DNA of 64,000 bases from Camelus ferus (GCF_009834535.1 NC_045696.1:21578001-21642000); one strand, 5' to 3'; counted from the stretch's first letter, positions 39,043 to 53,339 are shown. The notes: generated by a model not told the origin, from the letters alone. Numbers and translations are program-made.

Positions 39043-40584
39043 CTTATAATATAAAAAAAATAAAGTTATGTTTAATAAAGACACAAGACTATATTGCATG
39101 CACAGAGATAATATACAGTATTGAGTCTGAGTCCTATGACTAATGCAAGTAAGAGTAGTTACTTAAAATTTCACTGCAAACTTATGTTGCCTTTCCCATA
39201 AGATTACAGAACAAAGCTTATAGGAGACTCTCTAAATTAATTCTGTCATCAATAACATTAAATCCCCACCAAAACCTATTATAATATGTGGTTCTTGCAC
39301 CTATATACTTCCTCCCTTATATCAAGATTTCAACTATTATAAAGAATATTATTGCAATAGTTTAAGAGGAACAAGAAAACATAAACTCAGATGGCATTAC
39401 ACTGGTGATTTACTACACAAAAGCTAAGATTCTCTACAAAATTTTTTAAAAGCTAAGAATAAAATTTAGTATTTGTATCACCTAACAAATAACAAATACT
39501 AATAATTTAGCCAAGTTACTCCTTTTTAGGGTAAAAATGCTGCCTCAAAGCCAAGGATGGTAAACTGAATTCCAGGGAAATTCCAGAATGTAAGTTATCA
39601 AATTAAATAAATAAACTGAGCTAAGAAAGCATAAACTATCACCTCCCAAAATCTGAAGCCTAAATTTAGACATTCAAACACTTAAAAAGGAAGTGACCTC
39701 CTTCTTTTATTGCAAATATTTATTCACATCCAAAGGAATTCTGTAATCATCCATGCCTCCTCCGGCCTCCACACTGCAGTCAACAAATAAAAGGAAACTG
39801 CTGGAAACGCAGCTGTGGTGAAGGCTGTGTTCATTAGTCAGGTGGACATAGAGCCAAGGCTTTCAACAGCCAGCTGCAATTGCTTCTTTTCCCCTGGCAT
39901 TTATGTTAAAGCATGCGGTTTTCTACTATATATACATGCAAATTTTCTTAGCACGAGAATGATTTCTTTTCCATTCAGAGGAAAGTCATAACTCAAGACC
40001 AGGCATGAACACTCCATATTTTGTCTTGCTTCTCCAAACTGATAATTATTATCAGAGCACATTTATCGAACCTAACAGGGTGCAGCCTGCTCTGCAAAAG
40101 GTGGAATTACATATGGTACCACCTGAAGGTCTGAGAGAGGTTAAATTAAAAGGCAAGGAACTGAGTACACATACAAAGTACAGTTGCTCATTTATCGTTA
40201 AATGAAATAAAATGAAACATTGAGTGTGGGTAAAGGAAACAATTACCCTCTTATGAAGCAGTTCTTAAATTTTTCAAGCTTTGCCTCATTTCTCAGTTTG
40301 AAATGTAAGACATAAATATATATAATGAAAAAGTCCTTGTAAATAATTGGTGAAGCAGATAAAAACAAGCAAAACTCTCACTGATTACCTTTTTGTTAGA
40401 AGGACTAGATGTTCCCCTGGTTTGTTCTATTCTGTATATACACCAAAACTTAAAAGGTTCCAGAAGGAAGCTAGTAAGAGACATGGCAGCTGATGAACAA
40501 GAGAAATATCTCCTTCATTAACCAGCCATTGCATAATTATGTGTCACTCTGAATTGGCTGGTGAATAATGGAAATAAAGCAATT

Positions 40585-41569
40585 ATTTATTTCTTCCAGA
40601 TTTATTGGGGTATGATTAACAAGTAAAAATCATATAGATTTAGATTGTGTTAACAATATGTTTTGGGGTTTTTGTTGCAGATGTAAAATGTGATGATTTG
40701 ATATATCTTTTCATTGTGAAATGATTATCACAATCAAGTTAACACATCCATTACCTCACATAGTTAACTTGTGTGTGTGTGTGTGTATGTGTGTCTGTGT
40801 GTGTGTGTGTCTGTGTGTCTGTGGCGAAAATAATTAGGATTTACTCTCTCAACAAATTTCAAATATACAATACAGTATAATTAACTATAATCATCATGCT
40901 GTACATTATATTCCTAGAACTTATTCACCTTATAACTGAAAGTTTGTGCCATTTGACCAACATCTCCTAATCTCTCCCACCACCCAGCACCTCACAACCA
41001 CCATTCTAATCTCTGGTTCTGAGTTCCACTTTTTCACATTCTACACATAAATGAGATGTTAGAGTATTCATCTTTCTGTGTCTGGCTTATTTCACTTAGC
41101 ATAGTGTCCTCCAGGTTCATCTATGTTGCTGCAAATGGCAGGATTTCCTTCTTTTTTATGTTTGAATAATATTCCATTGTGTGTTTATATACCACAAAAT
41201 AGCCAACAGGTATATGAAAAGGTGCTCAACATCACTAATTATCAGGGAAATACAAATCAAAACCACAATGAGATACCACTTCACATCCGTTAGGATGGCT
41301 AGTAACAGGAAGACAAGGGGTAATGAGTGTTGGCTATGTGTGGAGAAAAGGAAATGTAAATTGTTACAGCCTTTATGGCAAACAATACGGAAGTTCCTCA
41401 AGAAATTAAAAACAGAAATACTATGTGAGCCAGCAATTGCACTTCTAAGTGTATATCCAAAGGAAATGGAATCAGTATGACAAAGAGTTATCTGTACTCC
41501 CACGTTTATTGCAGCATTATTCATAGTAGTCAAGATATGGAAACAATCTAAGTGTGGATACATGAGTGG
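40585..41569 (-). mobile_element. 5'-inverted (twin-primed) L1, L1MA-like
   Basis: Antisense 3' end 40585-41196, then a sense segment 41197-41569 ([22 protein letters not shown]). The two parts are contiguous in L1 coordinates. Probable TSD ataaagca(a/g)tt at 40574-40584 and 41570-41580. Confidence 0.88.
40770..40823. repeat. Imperfect (TG)n microsatellite
   Basis: TG run with interruptions, inside the L1 3' UTR. Confidence 0.9.
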
Positions 41570-43814
41570 ATAAAGCAGTTGTGTGTTTTACCAGTGAATG
41601 TGATGCCCTGGAAAGAGCACAGAGGAAAAAAACCTGTAGCACTAAGTCTAAATCACCCACTGAAGGGATCCTCTTTGCTCCTTGTTTGTAAATGAATGGG
41701 TTGAAACAGAGAATGTCAATTATACATAATTGACATATAAGCTTTCTAAATCTCTAAAGAGCTAAAAATGAAAACAAAATCTCAATGTTGTAATCACTCT
41801 GAAAATAGAAATTTGTAAAATATGTTTGAATTAATCAAGAATATATTCTACAATTTTTTTCTTATGTAAATATATCTCATTATAATTTGCACAATTTGCC
41901 TGACCTTTCCAGTGACACTTTCTCAAGTTCTTTTTCTCCTTTCTTATCACCTTTCTCTCTGTCTGTCTGTCTCTCTCTCCTGTCTCTCTCCCTTCTGTTA
42001 AGAAAATTAAAATTACAGAAACTCTAGATTCTGAAATACTTTCCATTTTTCTCTGATTATCCAACCATAATCTTCCTTTTCTTTTTACTCCTTTATCTTC
42101 TTAGCTTCATTTATTGGTAGCATCCACAGGGCGATACTATGAAATACATCTTCATCATACTATTATCCTCATGACACAAATCTTAAGTTTCTGGCTCCTG
42201 GTCCTGACTGATCCCACCCTCCTCTTCATACATACACACAAGTCTTTGCCTCATGATTAAACATGCATTTCTCAGGTTCAAAAACTACTCTGTTTCTCCT
42301 CTTTTAAATTCTCCTCTAAAACATTTTCTGAGAAAAATACTTTTTAAAAACCTTCGTATATTAATTGCTTTGTATTGAAGTAATTAAAGGTGAATTACTA
42401 TATGTCCATTTGCATCTCAACATTGGATTCATTAAGGTTTATTACTCAACAGATTCATTTTTGTCCTTACATTTTAGTACTTTGATAGGTAAGGAGGGAT
42501 ATGTTTTTCTTTAATCTGAGATTTTTCTCGGTGCCCTACAAGTTACAATATTTTGGCAAGCATTCCTATTTAACTGAAAGCCATTTCTACACATCAATTT
42601 TTTTTTCTGCTTGTATTTCTCATTTTCAATTTCCTTGGACCAAGTTCAAATTCTCAATGTATTATAAGGGAGTTTTTAAATACATACTGCCCAAATCATT
42701 TCAAAACCTTTATATTCTTTTAATAATGTGTGAGACAACGTTCAAAGACTGTGGTGTCCTTTCTTGTCTTGCCGCATACATGGCCAGTTAGAAACACAGT
42801 AGTTACTGGATTGTGTCTAGTCATGATTTTCCTCACAAACTGGATTCTCTTCTGGGTATAATATACATCCTCAAGTGAATGAACTGCATTTGAGATGTCA
42901 TGGATAAAACAGTGATTCCAAATAGAAAATTATGAGACTGTATCACACTCTCTCACGGAGCAAAGGTTTGTAGAAACAAACTATTTGAATTTATCGTAAT
43001 TCACCACATTGTGTTTTGAATTGCTATTGTACATAACCATGAATACTGTTTTAATGCTGCTTTTAATCTTCCTTCAAGACTTCATTTCCCAAAAGCCCAA
43101 TTATCTGCAGCATTCTATGACCTTGAGTACCAGCAATTTTGTCTCATTTTAGGATAGAAACTTATTTTCTTTGTGATAACAATGCTGTACAAAGATCTTA
43201 GATGTAACTGTTTCCCTATCACTTGAATGTGTACAACTGCATTAGGAAGAATAAATTCAAGTCATAGTCAGAATTGTAAACAAAAACAGAACAAGATATA
43301 ATGATTCTCATGTAAAACTTAACTTCAAGAAATTTAATATATGTGATCAAGAATTTTATATGAGTTTTATAAAATTTTGTAATTTTAATAAATAAAGATT
43401 TAGAAAGAAATTCCTCCTCCTAGAAAGGAAGGTTAAGTCTCTTTTATAACACTTGGAAGTGAATTCCAGACAATGCCAATATTCAAAGGTAATTGGTAAA
43501 TTTAAAGGGGCACTGGAAATAAATCCACTTTATGACCAACATTCCATAGTAAAGATTAAAAGAAGAGGACAGATGTCTAAATGAAGCATTATTATAAAAA
43601 AAGAAACTAAAAATTGTTAAGACAAATTTTACTTCTTTATCTATTTCATAAAAATCTGCTTAAAACAGAAAATATGTATTATTTCTGACAATTAAAACTG
43701 CATTAATAAAATGTTGATTTTTTTTCCTGTAAAAAGAGAGATGGTGGAGATTTTAGTTTTTTCCTAATTTCTAGTTATTATTCATGATAACAGATACATA
43801 AGGTAAATTTATAT

Positions 43815-46460
43815 TATTTTTTCTTAATTGAAGTAACATTTATACCATGTAAGTTTCATGTGTACAATGTTATATTTCTACTTCTGTATACACTACATAG
43901 TGCTCACCACCAAAAGTTTAGTTTCCATCCATCACAATACAGTTGACCCCCTTTACTCATTTCACACTCCCTCACCCTCTTTCTCCTCTAGTAACCATTA
44001 CTATAGTTTGCTTTTGTTTGGTTTGATTTGTTCATTTACTTTGGGGTTTTTTGTTTGTTTGCTAATTTGTTTGTTTATAGTCCACATTAGAGTATAATCA
44101 AACAGTATTTGCATTCTTCATGACTTATTTCACTTAGGTCCATTCATGTTGTTGTAAATGGCAAATCGATTTCATCTTTTAATGGCTGCATAGTATTCCA
44201 CTGTGAGTGAGTGTGTGTGTGTGAGTGTGTGTGTGTGTATGTGTGTGTGTATCACGTTTTCTTTATCTGTTCATCTTTTGATGAACACTTAGGTTGCTTC
44301 CGTATCTTGGCTATTATAAATACTACTGCAGTGAACATAGGGTTGCATATATTTTTTTCAAATCAATATTTTTGTTTTCCTCTGTGATAAATACTCAGAA
44401 GTGGAATAACTAGATGATATGGTAGTTCTATTCTTAATTTTTTGAGAAATCTGAATACTGTTTTCCATAGTGGTGCAGCCATTTTGAATTGATTTTTGTG
44501 TATGGTGTGACATAGTGTTCCAGTTTTACTCTGCATGTGGCTGTCCAGTCCTTCCAGCACCATTTATTGAAGAGACCCTTCTGTCTTCATTACATGTTCT
44601 TTACTCCTTTGTCATAAATTGTCCTTATATGTGTGGATTTATTTCTGGGCTCTCAATTCTGTTTTGTTGATCTATGTTTCTGTTTTTTGGCCAATACCAT
44701 GTGGCTTTGATTAATACAGCTTTGTAATATTAGTTTGAAATTAGGATGTGTGATACCTCCTTTTGTTCTTTTTTTCTCAGGATTGCTTTGGCTATTCAGG
44801 GTCTTTTGGGGTTCTATATAAATTTAGGGGTTTTGTTCTATTTATGTGAAAAATGCCATTGGGATTTTGATAGGGATTGTGTTAAATCTGTACATTGCTT
44901 TAGGTACTATTTTGACAATGTTAATTCTTCCAATTGATAAGTATGGGATATCTTTCCATTTATGTCTTCAATTTCTTTCAACAATGTCATATAGTTTTCA
45001 GTATACAGGTCTTTCACCTCCTTGGTAAAATTTATTTCTAGGTATTTTATTATTTTTGTTACTATGGTAAATGGAATTGTTTTCCTGATTTATCTTTCTA
45101 CTAATTCATTGTTAGTTCATAGAAATAAAACATATTTTTGTATATTGATTTTTACCCAGCAACTTTACTGTATTTATTATTTCTAACAGTTTTTTGGTGG
45201 AGTCTTTAGGGTTTTCTATATATAAAATTATGTTGTCAGCAAGTAGTGACAGTTTTACTTCTTCCTTTTCAATTTGGATGCCTTTCATTTCTTGCCTAAT
45301 TGCTCTGACTAGGACTTCCAGTACAATATTGAGTAAAAGTGGCAAGAGTGTGTATCTTTGTTTTGCTCTTCATTTTAGAGGAATAGCTTTCAGTTTTTCA
45401 TCAATGAGTATGATGTTAGACATGGGTTTGTCATATATATGACCTTTATTATGTTAAGGTATGTTCCTTCTATACATTGTATTGAGAAATTTTATCATAA
45501 ATGGGTGTTAAATCTTATCAGATGCTTTTTCTGCAACTATTGAGATGTTCATACAATTTTTTTTCCTTCATTTTGTTAATGTGATGTATCACATTGATTG
45601 ATCTGCAGATGTTGAGCCATCCTTGCATCCCTGGAATAAATCTCACTTGATCATGGTATGGTTATTTTAATGTATTCTTGAATTTAGTTTGTTAATATTT
45701 TGTTGAGGATTTTTGTATTTATGTTTATCAGAGATATTGGTCTGTAGTTTTCCTTCTTTTTTTTAATGTTTTTAATGTTGCTCTTATGAGGTTTTTATAT
45801 CCGGGTAATGTTGGACTCATAAAATGACTTAGGAAGCACTCCTTTTCAATTTTTTGGAAGAATTTGAGAACAACAGGTATTAAATCTTTTTTTTTTTTTT
45901 TTGAACATTTGGTAGACTTCACCTGTGAAGTTAATTGATCCTGGACTTTTATTTTGGGGAAGATTTTGATTCCTGTTTCAATATCCTAACTAGTAATCAA
46001 TCTACTCAAGTTTTCTATGTCTTCAAGATTCAGTCTTGAAAGCATTTGTCCACTCTACTAGGTTGCTCAATTTGTTGGCATATGACTGTTCAGAATATTC
46101 TCTGATAATCCTTTGTACTTCTTAGTACTCATTGTTATTTTTCCTCTTTCTTTCTGATTTTATTTATCAAAGCCTTCTCTCTTTATCTCTTAGTGAGTCT
46201 AACTAAATGTTTCTCAATTTTATCTTTTCAAAGAACCAGATCTTAGCTTCATTGACCTTTTCTTTTGTCTTTTTAGTTCCTATTTAATCTATTTCCACTC
46301 TGCTGTTTATTATTTCTTTCCTTCTAGTGACTATGGGTTTCATTTATTCTTTCTTTAGTTCCTTTAGCTGTAAGGTTAGATTGTTTATTTGAGATTTTTC
46401 TTGTATCTTGAGGTATGCTTGTATTGCTGTAAAGTTCCCTCTTAGTATCAATCTTGCTGC
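43815..46460 (-). mobile_element. 5'-truncated L1 (ORF2 and 3' UTR) with internal deletion
   Basis: RT peptide [52 protein letters not shown] (45112-45345). 3' UTR lies at the left end, with a TG-rich run near 44203-44250. Confidence 0.93.
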
Positions 46461-49400
46461 TAAATGTGATGAGCTACAATATAGAAAAATTTAATTTGAA
46501 CCGTGACTGCCTAATTCAGGCTACTTAAACATCTTATTGTGTGGAATAGTATATCTTACACTAAAGAGTGTTACTTATCTTTTGCAATAACTACTCACAT
46601 CTTCTGTAAAGACCAAAATATAAATCTCTGGAAAAATACTAATTTTGAAGTGTGTGTATCAAGGATAATATGTTTATGCCATGTATAAACTTTAATTATG
46701 CTTACAAGTAGCAGTAGCACCACTTATGTATTAAATTATTCATTTATGATTTAAATTCATGAACAATACCCAGCTCTAATTAACAATTCTAATCAGCTCT
46801 CTAGTAAGTATCTTGCTAAATATTTGTACTATTTCCCCATGCTATTTTTAAAAAGATTATCTTAACTTAGTGGTTTGAGTATCATATTGGAATTTAGGAA
46901 ACTAGACAACTCTCTTCAGCTTTGTTAATAAATTTCTCCTGAAACACGAAGTTGTTCAGTTTAAATGTCCTAAACACTGAGAAAAGTAACTGGTAAAATA
47001 AGTGGGCTTTATGCATGTATATGTTTTATTAAAGTGAATTCTAAATAATATAATTTTAATAGTTAAAAATCCTACTTGACTCATAATTTCTAAGATAAAA
47101 ACAAATTTGCATAAGTAGTTGTTCAATGAAACTGTGATGTTGGACAATCATTTTATTTTAGGATTTGGAAATGAATGCTGAAGTTCTTAAGAATCTCCTG
47201 GAAGAGAAAGTTGATCCCTGAATGCCCTGTAAATATTTTACTGACTAGTTAAATTCCCTTCCTATGGGCTCTTTAAAGTTATCTATTAAATAATTCTGTA
47301 TTATCCGCTCAAAATGTAATTGCAGTCATTTCATTTCTTTGAAGCAAAATAATTATTTGACTTTTCTAATTAAAAGATTTACTTCCCATGTTAATTACAT
47401 TCATTCAATTTTACTCAAGGAATTCATTTTACTTTAAATAATTTGCAAAGGGTTTGGTTTATGCATTTTAGTAATCTGCGAGTAGCAAGAACTTAATGCT
47501 TCTGAGGAAACCAAATCAAATTGTATCTAGATTTTTCTTCAGTGCTGTGCAAGGAGAGACATTTTACTTTTACTTCCCCTTTAGACTTGATTTCATCTTC
47601 TCAGTTGTTAAAATTACTAACAATTATTTGCTATCCTTTTTCTACTAAAGTATTTTGTGTAGTTAAATAACTGTACCTCTTTCTCCCAAACTCACTATTT
47701 TCATTGTTGATATCTGATATAAAGCCAAGTGCCTTGCTGAGAAATTTAAGGAAGTTTTCTCTCCCTGAGCACAGGACTAAAAGATAAACAGCATTTTCCT
47801 TGCAAAGAGGATGTTCAAAAGAGAATTTTGATAAATGAGTAATTTTGAGGTTTGGGAAGCGTAATAGGGATTTAGAAACTGAAGTTCTGATATCTCTGGC
47901 AAGTAGAGGTCATGACTTCACCAGATCAATTATTTCCTAACTGCAGATATATTTTTCGTGTAACTCAAATATTGACGAGAAAATATCTGGAAACTATCTA
48001 ATAGCTTTCTATGAAGGACTACAATTACTTGATTCCATTGACAATAATACAGTTTTATCCACACATTAAAATTTAAAAATCCACACATATGCCCCTAAGA
48101 AAAGCCATGTATTTTCATATTAAAATGGCTTTGGGGGAAAAAGAAAATATTCTATCCTCATTGAATAATTTAATTACCTGTAATTCCAATTGAAGGAGAA
48201 AACCCCATCAGGATGAAAAAAAAAAAAAGTATTACATTAACAAGGGAAAAAAATAGTGCATTTAACATCGAACCAGTTTTTCTTAAAAGTGATTTTCAGA
48301 ATGCCCAAATCTCAAATTAGAGTTTAACTTTACAAGTATGAGTATCTTCTTTGGAACTTAGTAAATTGAGTTCTTTATATGACATTGTCACCATTATAGA
48401 ATAAAAGACTTCAAATATTCCAATATTAAATTTCCAACACTCACATTTCTACCTTTGATAACTTAGTCTCAAGGAACTAAAGATAAGTAAGTAAGTGCTT
48501 TCTGTTTGGTTTATAGTATAAACTCTGTATTGAACTTTTCACCTAGTTCACTTTTATCTGTACTCCTATTCAACAATGCAGCACTCAAAATCAGAATATC
48601 TTACTGAATCTTAATGTTGTATCATATGGTCCTCCTGTGTTTGTTTATGTGTGTGGTCTGTGTGTGTGTGTGTGTGTCTTTGAGTTGTAAGTAGAGAATA
48701 ACCTAAACAAGTTATTTCCATTCCTCATACCTGTGTGCTAATTTCAACAAACCATGCCTAAAAATAGTGCAGACCCAAAGAATCCTGTTGTAAGAGGCTT
48801 AACTAAGTTGCTAACTCACTCAGTCTCTATGTACTTGGAGGACCATCACATTACTATTAGCTCATCTATTGCTAGCTGATCTCTCTCCAAGAACCACAAA
48901 GTAGGAGGTCATCTTTCCATCCTGCACAGGCTTCTAGGAAGTCCAGAGTGGAGTTTTTGGTCTCAAGTGAAATCACAACAAATACTTTTTTTTAATTTAG
49001 TTGCATAAGTTGGATGCAAAAGTCACAATGAGAGAATAAAATCACAACTAGGAGAGTAATTGCTTTGGGCATGCCATGTGTATGAACCCTGACATTGGAT
49101 TGACAGTAATGATTGCCTCTAAATTCACCTGAGCCAAAAGTTGTAGCCTTTACTCTGTTTTCATCTTGAACTGTCATATAAAAACTAAACCTTCTCTGCC
49201 AGGGGAAAACAAAGTGGAAGAAAAAAACAAAAACAAAAGTGAATTTAATAACAAATAGAATATGCTAGTGTCCAGAAAAGCACACGGTCTGGTAGAAATA
49301 TATATATATTTTTTTGTAATTGCAGAAAACTATTGAAAGAAAGACAAACCAGATCCCAGGTAAGCACAGAGGACTCTTCTGTACTGGAGTCTCAGGTCAG

Positions 49401-50871
49401 CTTGAAGACCTCAGTGTTGCACATTGGGAAACTGAGTTTTATCCCTCCTGGTAAGAATATTGGCTTTCATTTTGGGGAGTTTCACAATTGCAGCTTTGCA
49501 CAATATCATGACTTATCAACTTACAAAAGCGGTGTGGCAGACAAATCTATGACTAAATAAAAATAAAAATGAACATTTAATTTAGCAGGGTTTTTTTATG
49601 AACTTGCTTATAGTTAAATAATTTCATAACAACTAGTACACTGATAGCAGTGTTTGGCACATTATTTCATCTTATCCTTTTCATGTTCATGATCGGCCTT
49701 TTATTAAAAAATGCCTTTTTACATGGGTCCAAACTCCCGGTGAACAGAATTGTATTATAATAAAATTTCTAACAAAATCACTATATCTGATGTGAAAAAA
49801 AAAATAGCATTCAGTGTTCAAAAAATTAGGTCAATCTTTTGCATAAATTTGACAGAACACTGCATTGTAATGTTGTACCAGTGATTAATTGTGGATTATC
49901 TTGAAATGAGTAAGATAAAAATAATCATCCAGTTTATAATGAATATCATACATAACCATAGCATTTATTATCCAGGTTCAAATATTGGAATGTCTCTCCA
50001 GCTTTCCTATTGTTTACTGTGTATATATGGACTAAATATTTATATTCCAGTCCCATATTTACCTTTGTTTCACCTGACAGATGTAATAACTTCCAGTGTT
50101 TTATTTGAAAAGGCTGGAATTTATATATACACATGGCAATCGAGCCCCTGAGGCTGACGCCAGGGGATGCCAGGAGAATACCGACATTTAAGACTGCTGT
50201 GGATTTTTCTCCCAGCAGAAGGAGCTTTTAAGTGGGTCATGGCCCAAAGGTATTGAACTTCTTCCCTTGCTGACAGCTATTTACCAGAGCATGGTCAAGT
50301 AAAGGAAGAAGAGGATTAAGGCGCTCCAATTGATCAGAAAATAGCATTCAAAGTTGAAACTTGTCTCTACTCCCAGGACTCAGCTTTTGAAAATCTTTTA
50401 GTGAAACCATTGTCAAGGGATGGCATAATCACAGAATGAGGTAAGAAGATTTAAAATTCTTAAGCAGACAAAAATGCATTGGGATTCTAAGTTTTAAAGG
50501 CTCATTGGAAATAGCTATGTGCCACTGAAACACAGGGACTAGTCATTGATCCTTTCAAACTATGACAGACGTTTTCAGAAGAAAATAGATCCTTCTATTA
50601 CACCACCCCAGATGGAATAGAATGTTAGAAAAACATGTGAAACAATGAAATGTGCATACTATTTAATTTGAAATAATTCATACAAGCGATAAAAACTTGA
50701 AGTTAAGATTATTTTCATTAACCTGAAAACTAATGTGCATTACATGTAAAAGAATGCAAAACTGCGTATTGAATGAACTATGTTCTGTAGCTGTTTATTC
50801 CATGGGAGTTTTCATTCAATCAATTTCTACCGCAAGTTGAAAATAAAAGACAAGTGAAATGTAAGTGATAG

Positions 50872-51466
50872 TGAGACAGGAGGGAAGAGGTCAGGGCATA
50901 ACCAGTAAGAGAATGACACAGCAATTAGCACCAAGATGGTGGAAGATTCAACTCCCAGTAGAACTTGAGCTTCATTATATACTCATTGTAATACATTAGC
51001 GTGCTAAACGGCACTCCCACAGATGCCATGACAGTTTCAAGGCTGACTATAAAAAGTCAAAAAATGGGTGATGGCCCAATTCCTTGGAATCCCAGCCCCT
51101 TCCTCAAAGTAGAATAATCCTCCCACTTGTTAGCATATAAAGTTACTGAGCCCATAAAAACTAACAACCTTGCACCTCATGGGAGCTCTCTCACCTTCTG
51201 AGGCAGCCCACATTCTATGGAGTGTGTATCTACTTTTACTTTAAACACTCCCATGTCTCATGGCCTCTCTGGCCTTCTGAGACAGCCTGCACTCTGTGGA
51301 TGGAGTGTGCATCTCTCTGAATAAATCTACCTTCACTTTACTATGGCTCATTCTTGTATTCTTTCCTATGCAAAGCCAAGGACCCTCACTTGATGCGGCT
51401 CATCCCAGGGACTTGCCTGGGACCTGGGATTTAGTCATCCTCTCCCTCCCCATTTGTCCTGTATCT
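50872..51466 (+). mobile_element. Solo ERV1-type LTR
   Basis: Inverted termini tgagacagga/tcctgtatct, 4-bp TSD ATAG (50868-50871 and 51467-51470), AATAAA at 51320, and an internal imperfect direct repeat near 51194 and 51273. Confidence 0.88.
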
Positions 51467-51769
51467 ATAGAAACATGAAGAGTATGTGTCTTAAGAAAAA
51501 ACTGGGCTGGAACTTATAAATGATATTTGTCTTTTCTTTTGTATTTTCTCAGGATTTTTCTTCCATTTTGTGTGGATTTGTCTTTGTTTTGGAAGAGAAG
51601 ATTGGTGATTTTCCTGGGTCACCTCAGAGCAAAGACCATTTCCCATTGAAGCCTGTGTAAAATGACTGGAGAGTCATTCAAGGATTTTAGTGATGGGCTA
51701 GGCATTCCTCATTGCTAAGATAAACAAAATTTTGAAAGTTTGGTTTAAAAAATAAAAAGACAAAAATAA

Positions 51770-51970
51770 GTGGTAGGCATTGAGTGCTAGTCATGTGCCA
51801 GGGACTCTTCTAAAACACTTGATATAAATTAACTCAACTACTGTCACAAGGACCTATGGAAAGAGGTTCAACGAGTATCCCCCATCTCATACAGGAGGAA
51901 ACTAAAGTATGTAAAAGTTCAATAATCTAACCAAAATCACACACTCAGTAAATGGTAATGTCAGGAGTTC
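51770..51970 (-). mobile_element. MIR remnant
   Basis: 'cattgagtgctagtcatgtgccagggactcttctaaaacactt...acaggaggaaactaaag...aaatcacacactcagtaaatgg'. Confidence 0.75.
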
Positions 51971-52094
51971 TTGTTTACACAAGGGAAAAGGAGAATGTTG
52001 CTAGGGCTTGTAGGGACCCTGAGGTAGAAGACACACATGCAGGTACTAGTTTGACAAGTCACCCCAAGTCTGAGCTACTTCCCATCTAGGAAAT

Positions 52095-52518
52095 TTTAAC
52101 TGAGCAGGACCCTATGGGGCCTTCCCAGGACAGGCCCCTCCCCCATATACTCTGCTTTGGCTCTTCTCTGAAGTAGCCAGACAATAGTATCTGATGCACA
52201 TTTCCTGAGTTTTTTTTTTTACAGATGCTAAGAGGATTGATAATGTTAAACCCTGTGACACCACCCTGTTACCTGACTATCAACCAATCAGAGAATTGTG
52301 CATGAGCTGATCACACACCCTGGGATGCCCCTCACACATCTTGCCTTTAAAAACGCTTTGCTGAAACCCATTGGGGAGTTTGGGCTTTTAGAGCATTAGC
52401 TGTCCTGGACTGCTTGCTTGGCTCCTTATAATAAATGCTGCACTTTCCTTTACCACAACCTGGTGTCAGTAGGTTGACCCCGTGCTACACAAGTGAGTGG
52501 ACCCAACTTTTGATAACA
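52095..52518 (+). mobile_element. Solo ERV1-type LTR inserted in a MIR remnant
   Basis: Termini tttaac (decayed TGTAAC) and gataaca, 4-bp TSD AAAT (52091-52094 and 52519-52522), CCAAT box, TATA-like tttaaaaa and AATAAA at 52430. Confidence 0.85.
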
Positions 52519-53339
52519 AAATAAATTAATAATCCTCATCTCACAGCATGACTACATGCAGTAAATAGAAATGAATGCACAAAAGACTGTTTTATTTTCT
52601 GGGTGTGAACTGTTAAATTCTGTATTTTATGTAGAAATTCTATGTTTCATATAAAACTACATTTTCAAAAGCTCCTGGAATAAGGTCATAATTTATTTGA
52701 TAAGTATTAGCCTCTTCCCTTCCTTTTCCCAAGAAAAGGGAAAAAAAAAAGCAAAAACTCTTCTGGGTGTGGCCTTTAGGTCAGAAATGCAAATCATATT
52801 CATATATTTTAATTACTCAAACATCTATTCTTCATTTACCAACTAGGTTCATACAACTCGCATTTATGAGCAGCATAATTATCAAATATATTTGGAGAGC
52901 TAGTTTTGTTTCAAAAACAGAATAAAACACATACTGGGATATATCTTAAAATACCAGGCACCTTTCAAATCATTGATTAAAATGTTTTATTTATGGTATT
53001 ATGTGGTAGTTAATTTTTTTTTCCTTTTGGCTTACTAAACCTAACAGCAGAAACAATACAAAGTAGTTTATCCAAACAGTGGTTTTTGACATTTATAAAT
53101 AAAAATTGTAAATTAAATGCAAATATAATGGATTCTGGGCCTCTGAATATTAGACTAGAACCACAGTACAACATGGTATTTAAAATTATACAAATATATC
53201 ATGTTGTCCTTATAAGGCATATACTAGTAAATTTACATTTGATCATATTCAATGCTTAGAATTTTGATATTTTTCAAAAAAGCAACAAACAAAAAGAAAG
53301 ATCCTTACTGATTCCTCAAAATGCATCGTATATCTTCTT

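Noticed and set aside
45112..45345. Functional L1 ORF2 (also 27074-27967 and 41181-41480)
   Set aside because: These are short, disrupted fragments of 5'-truncated copies; the FADD motif is altered to LADN.
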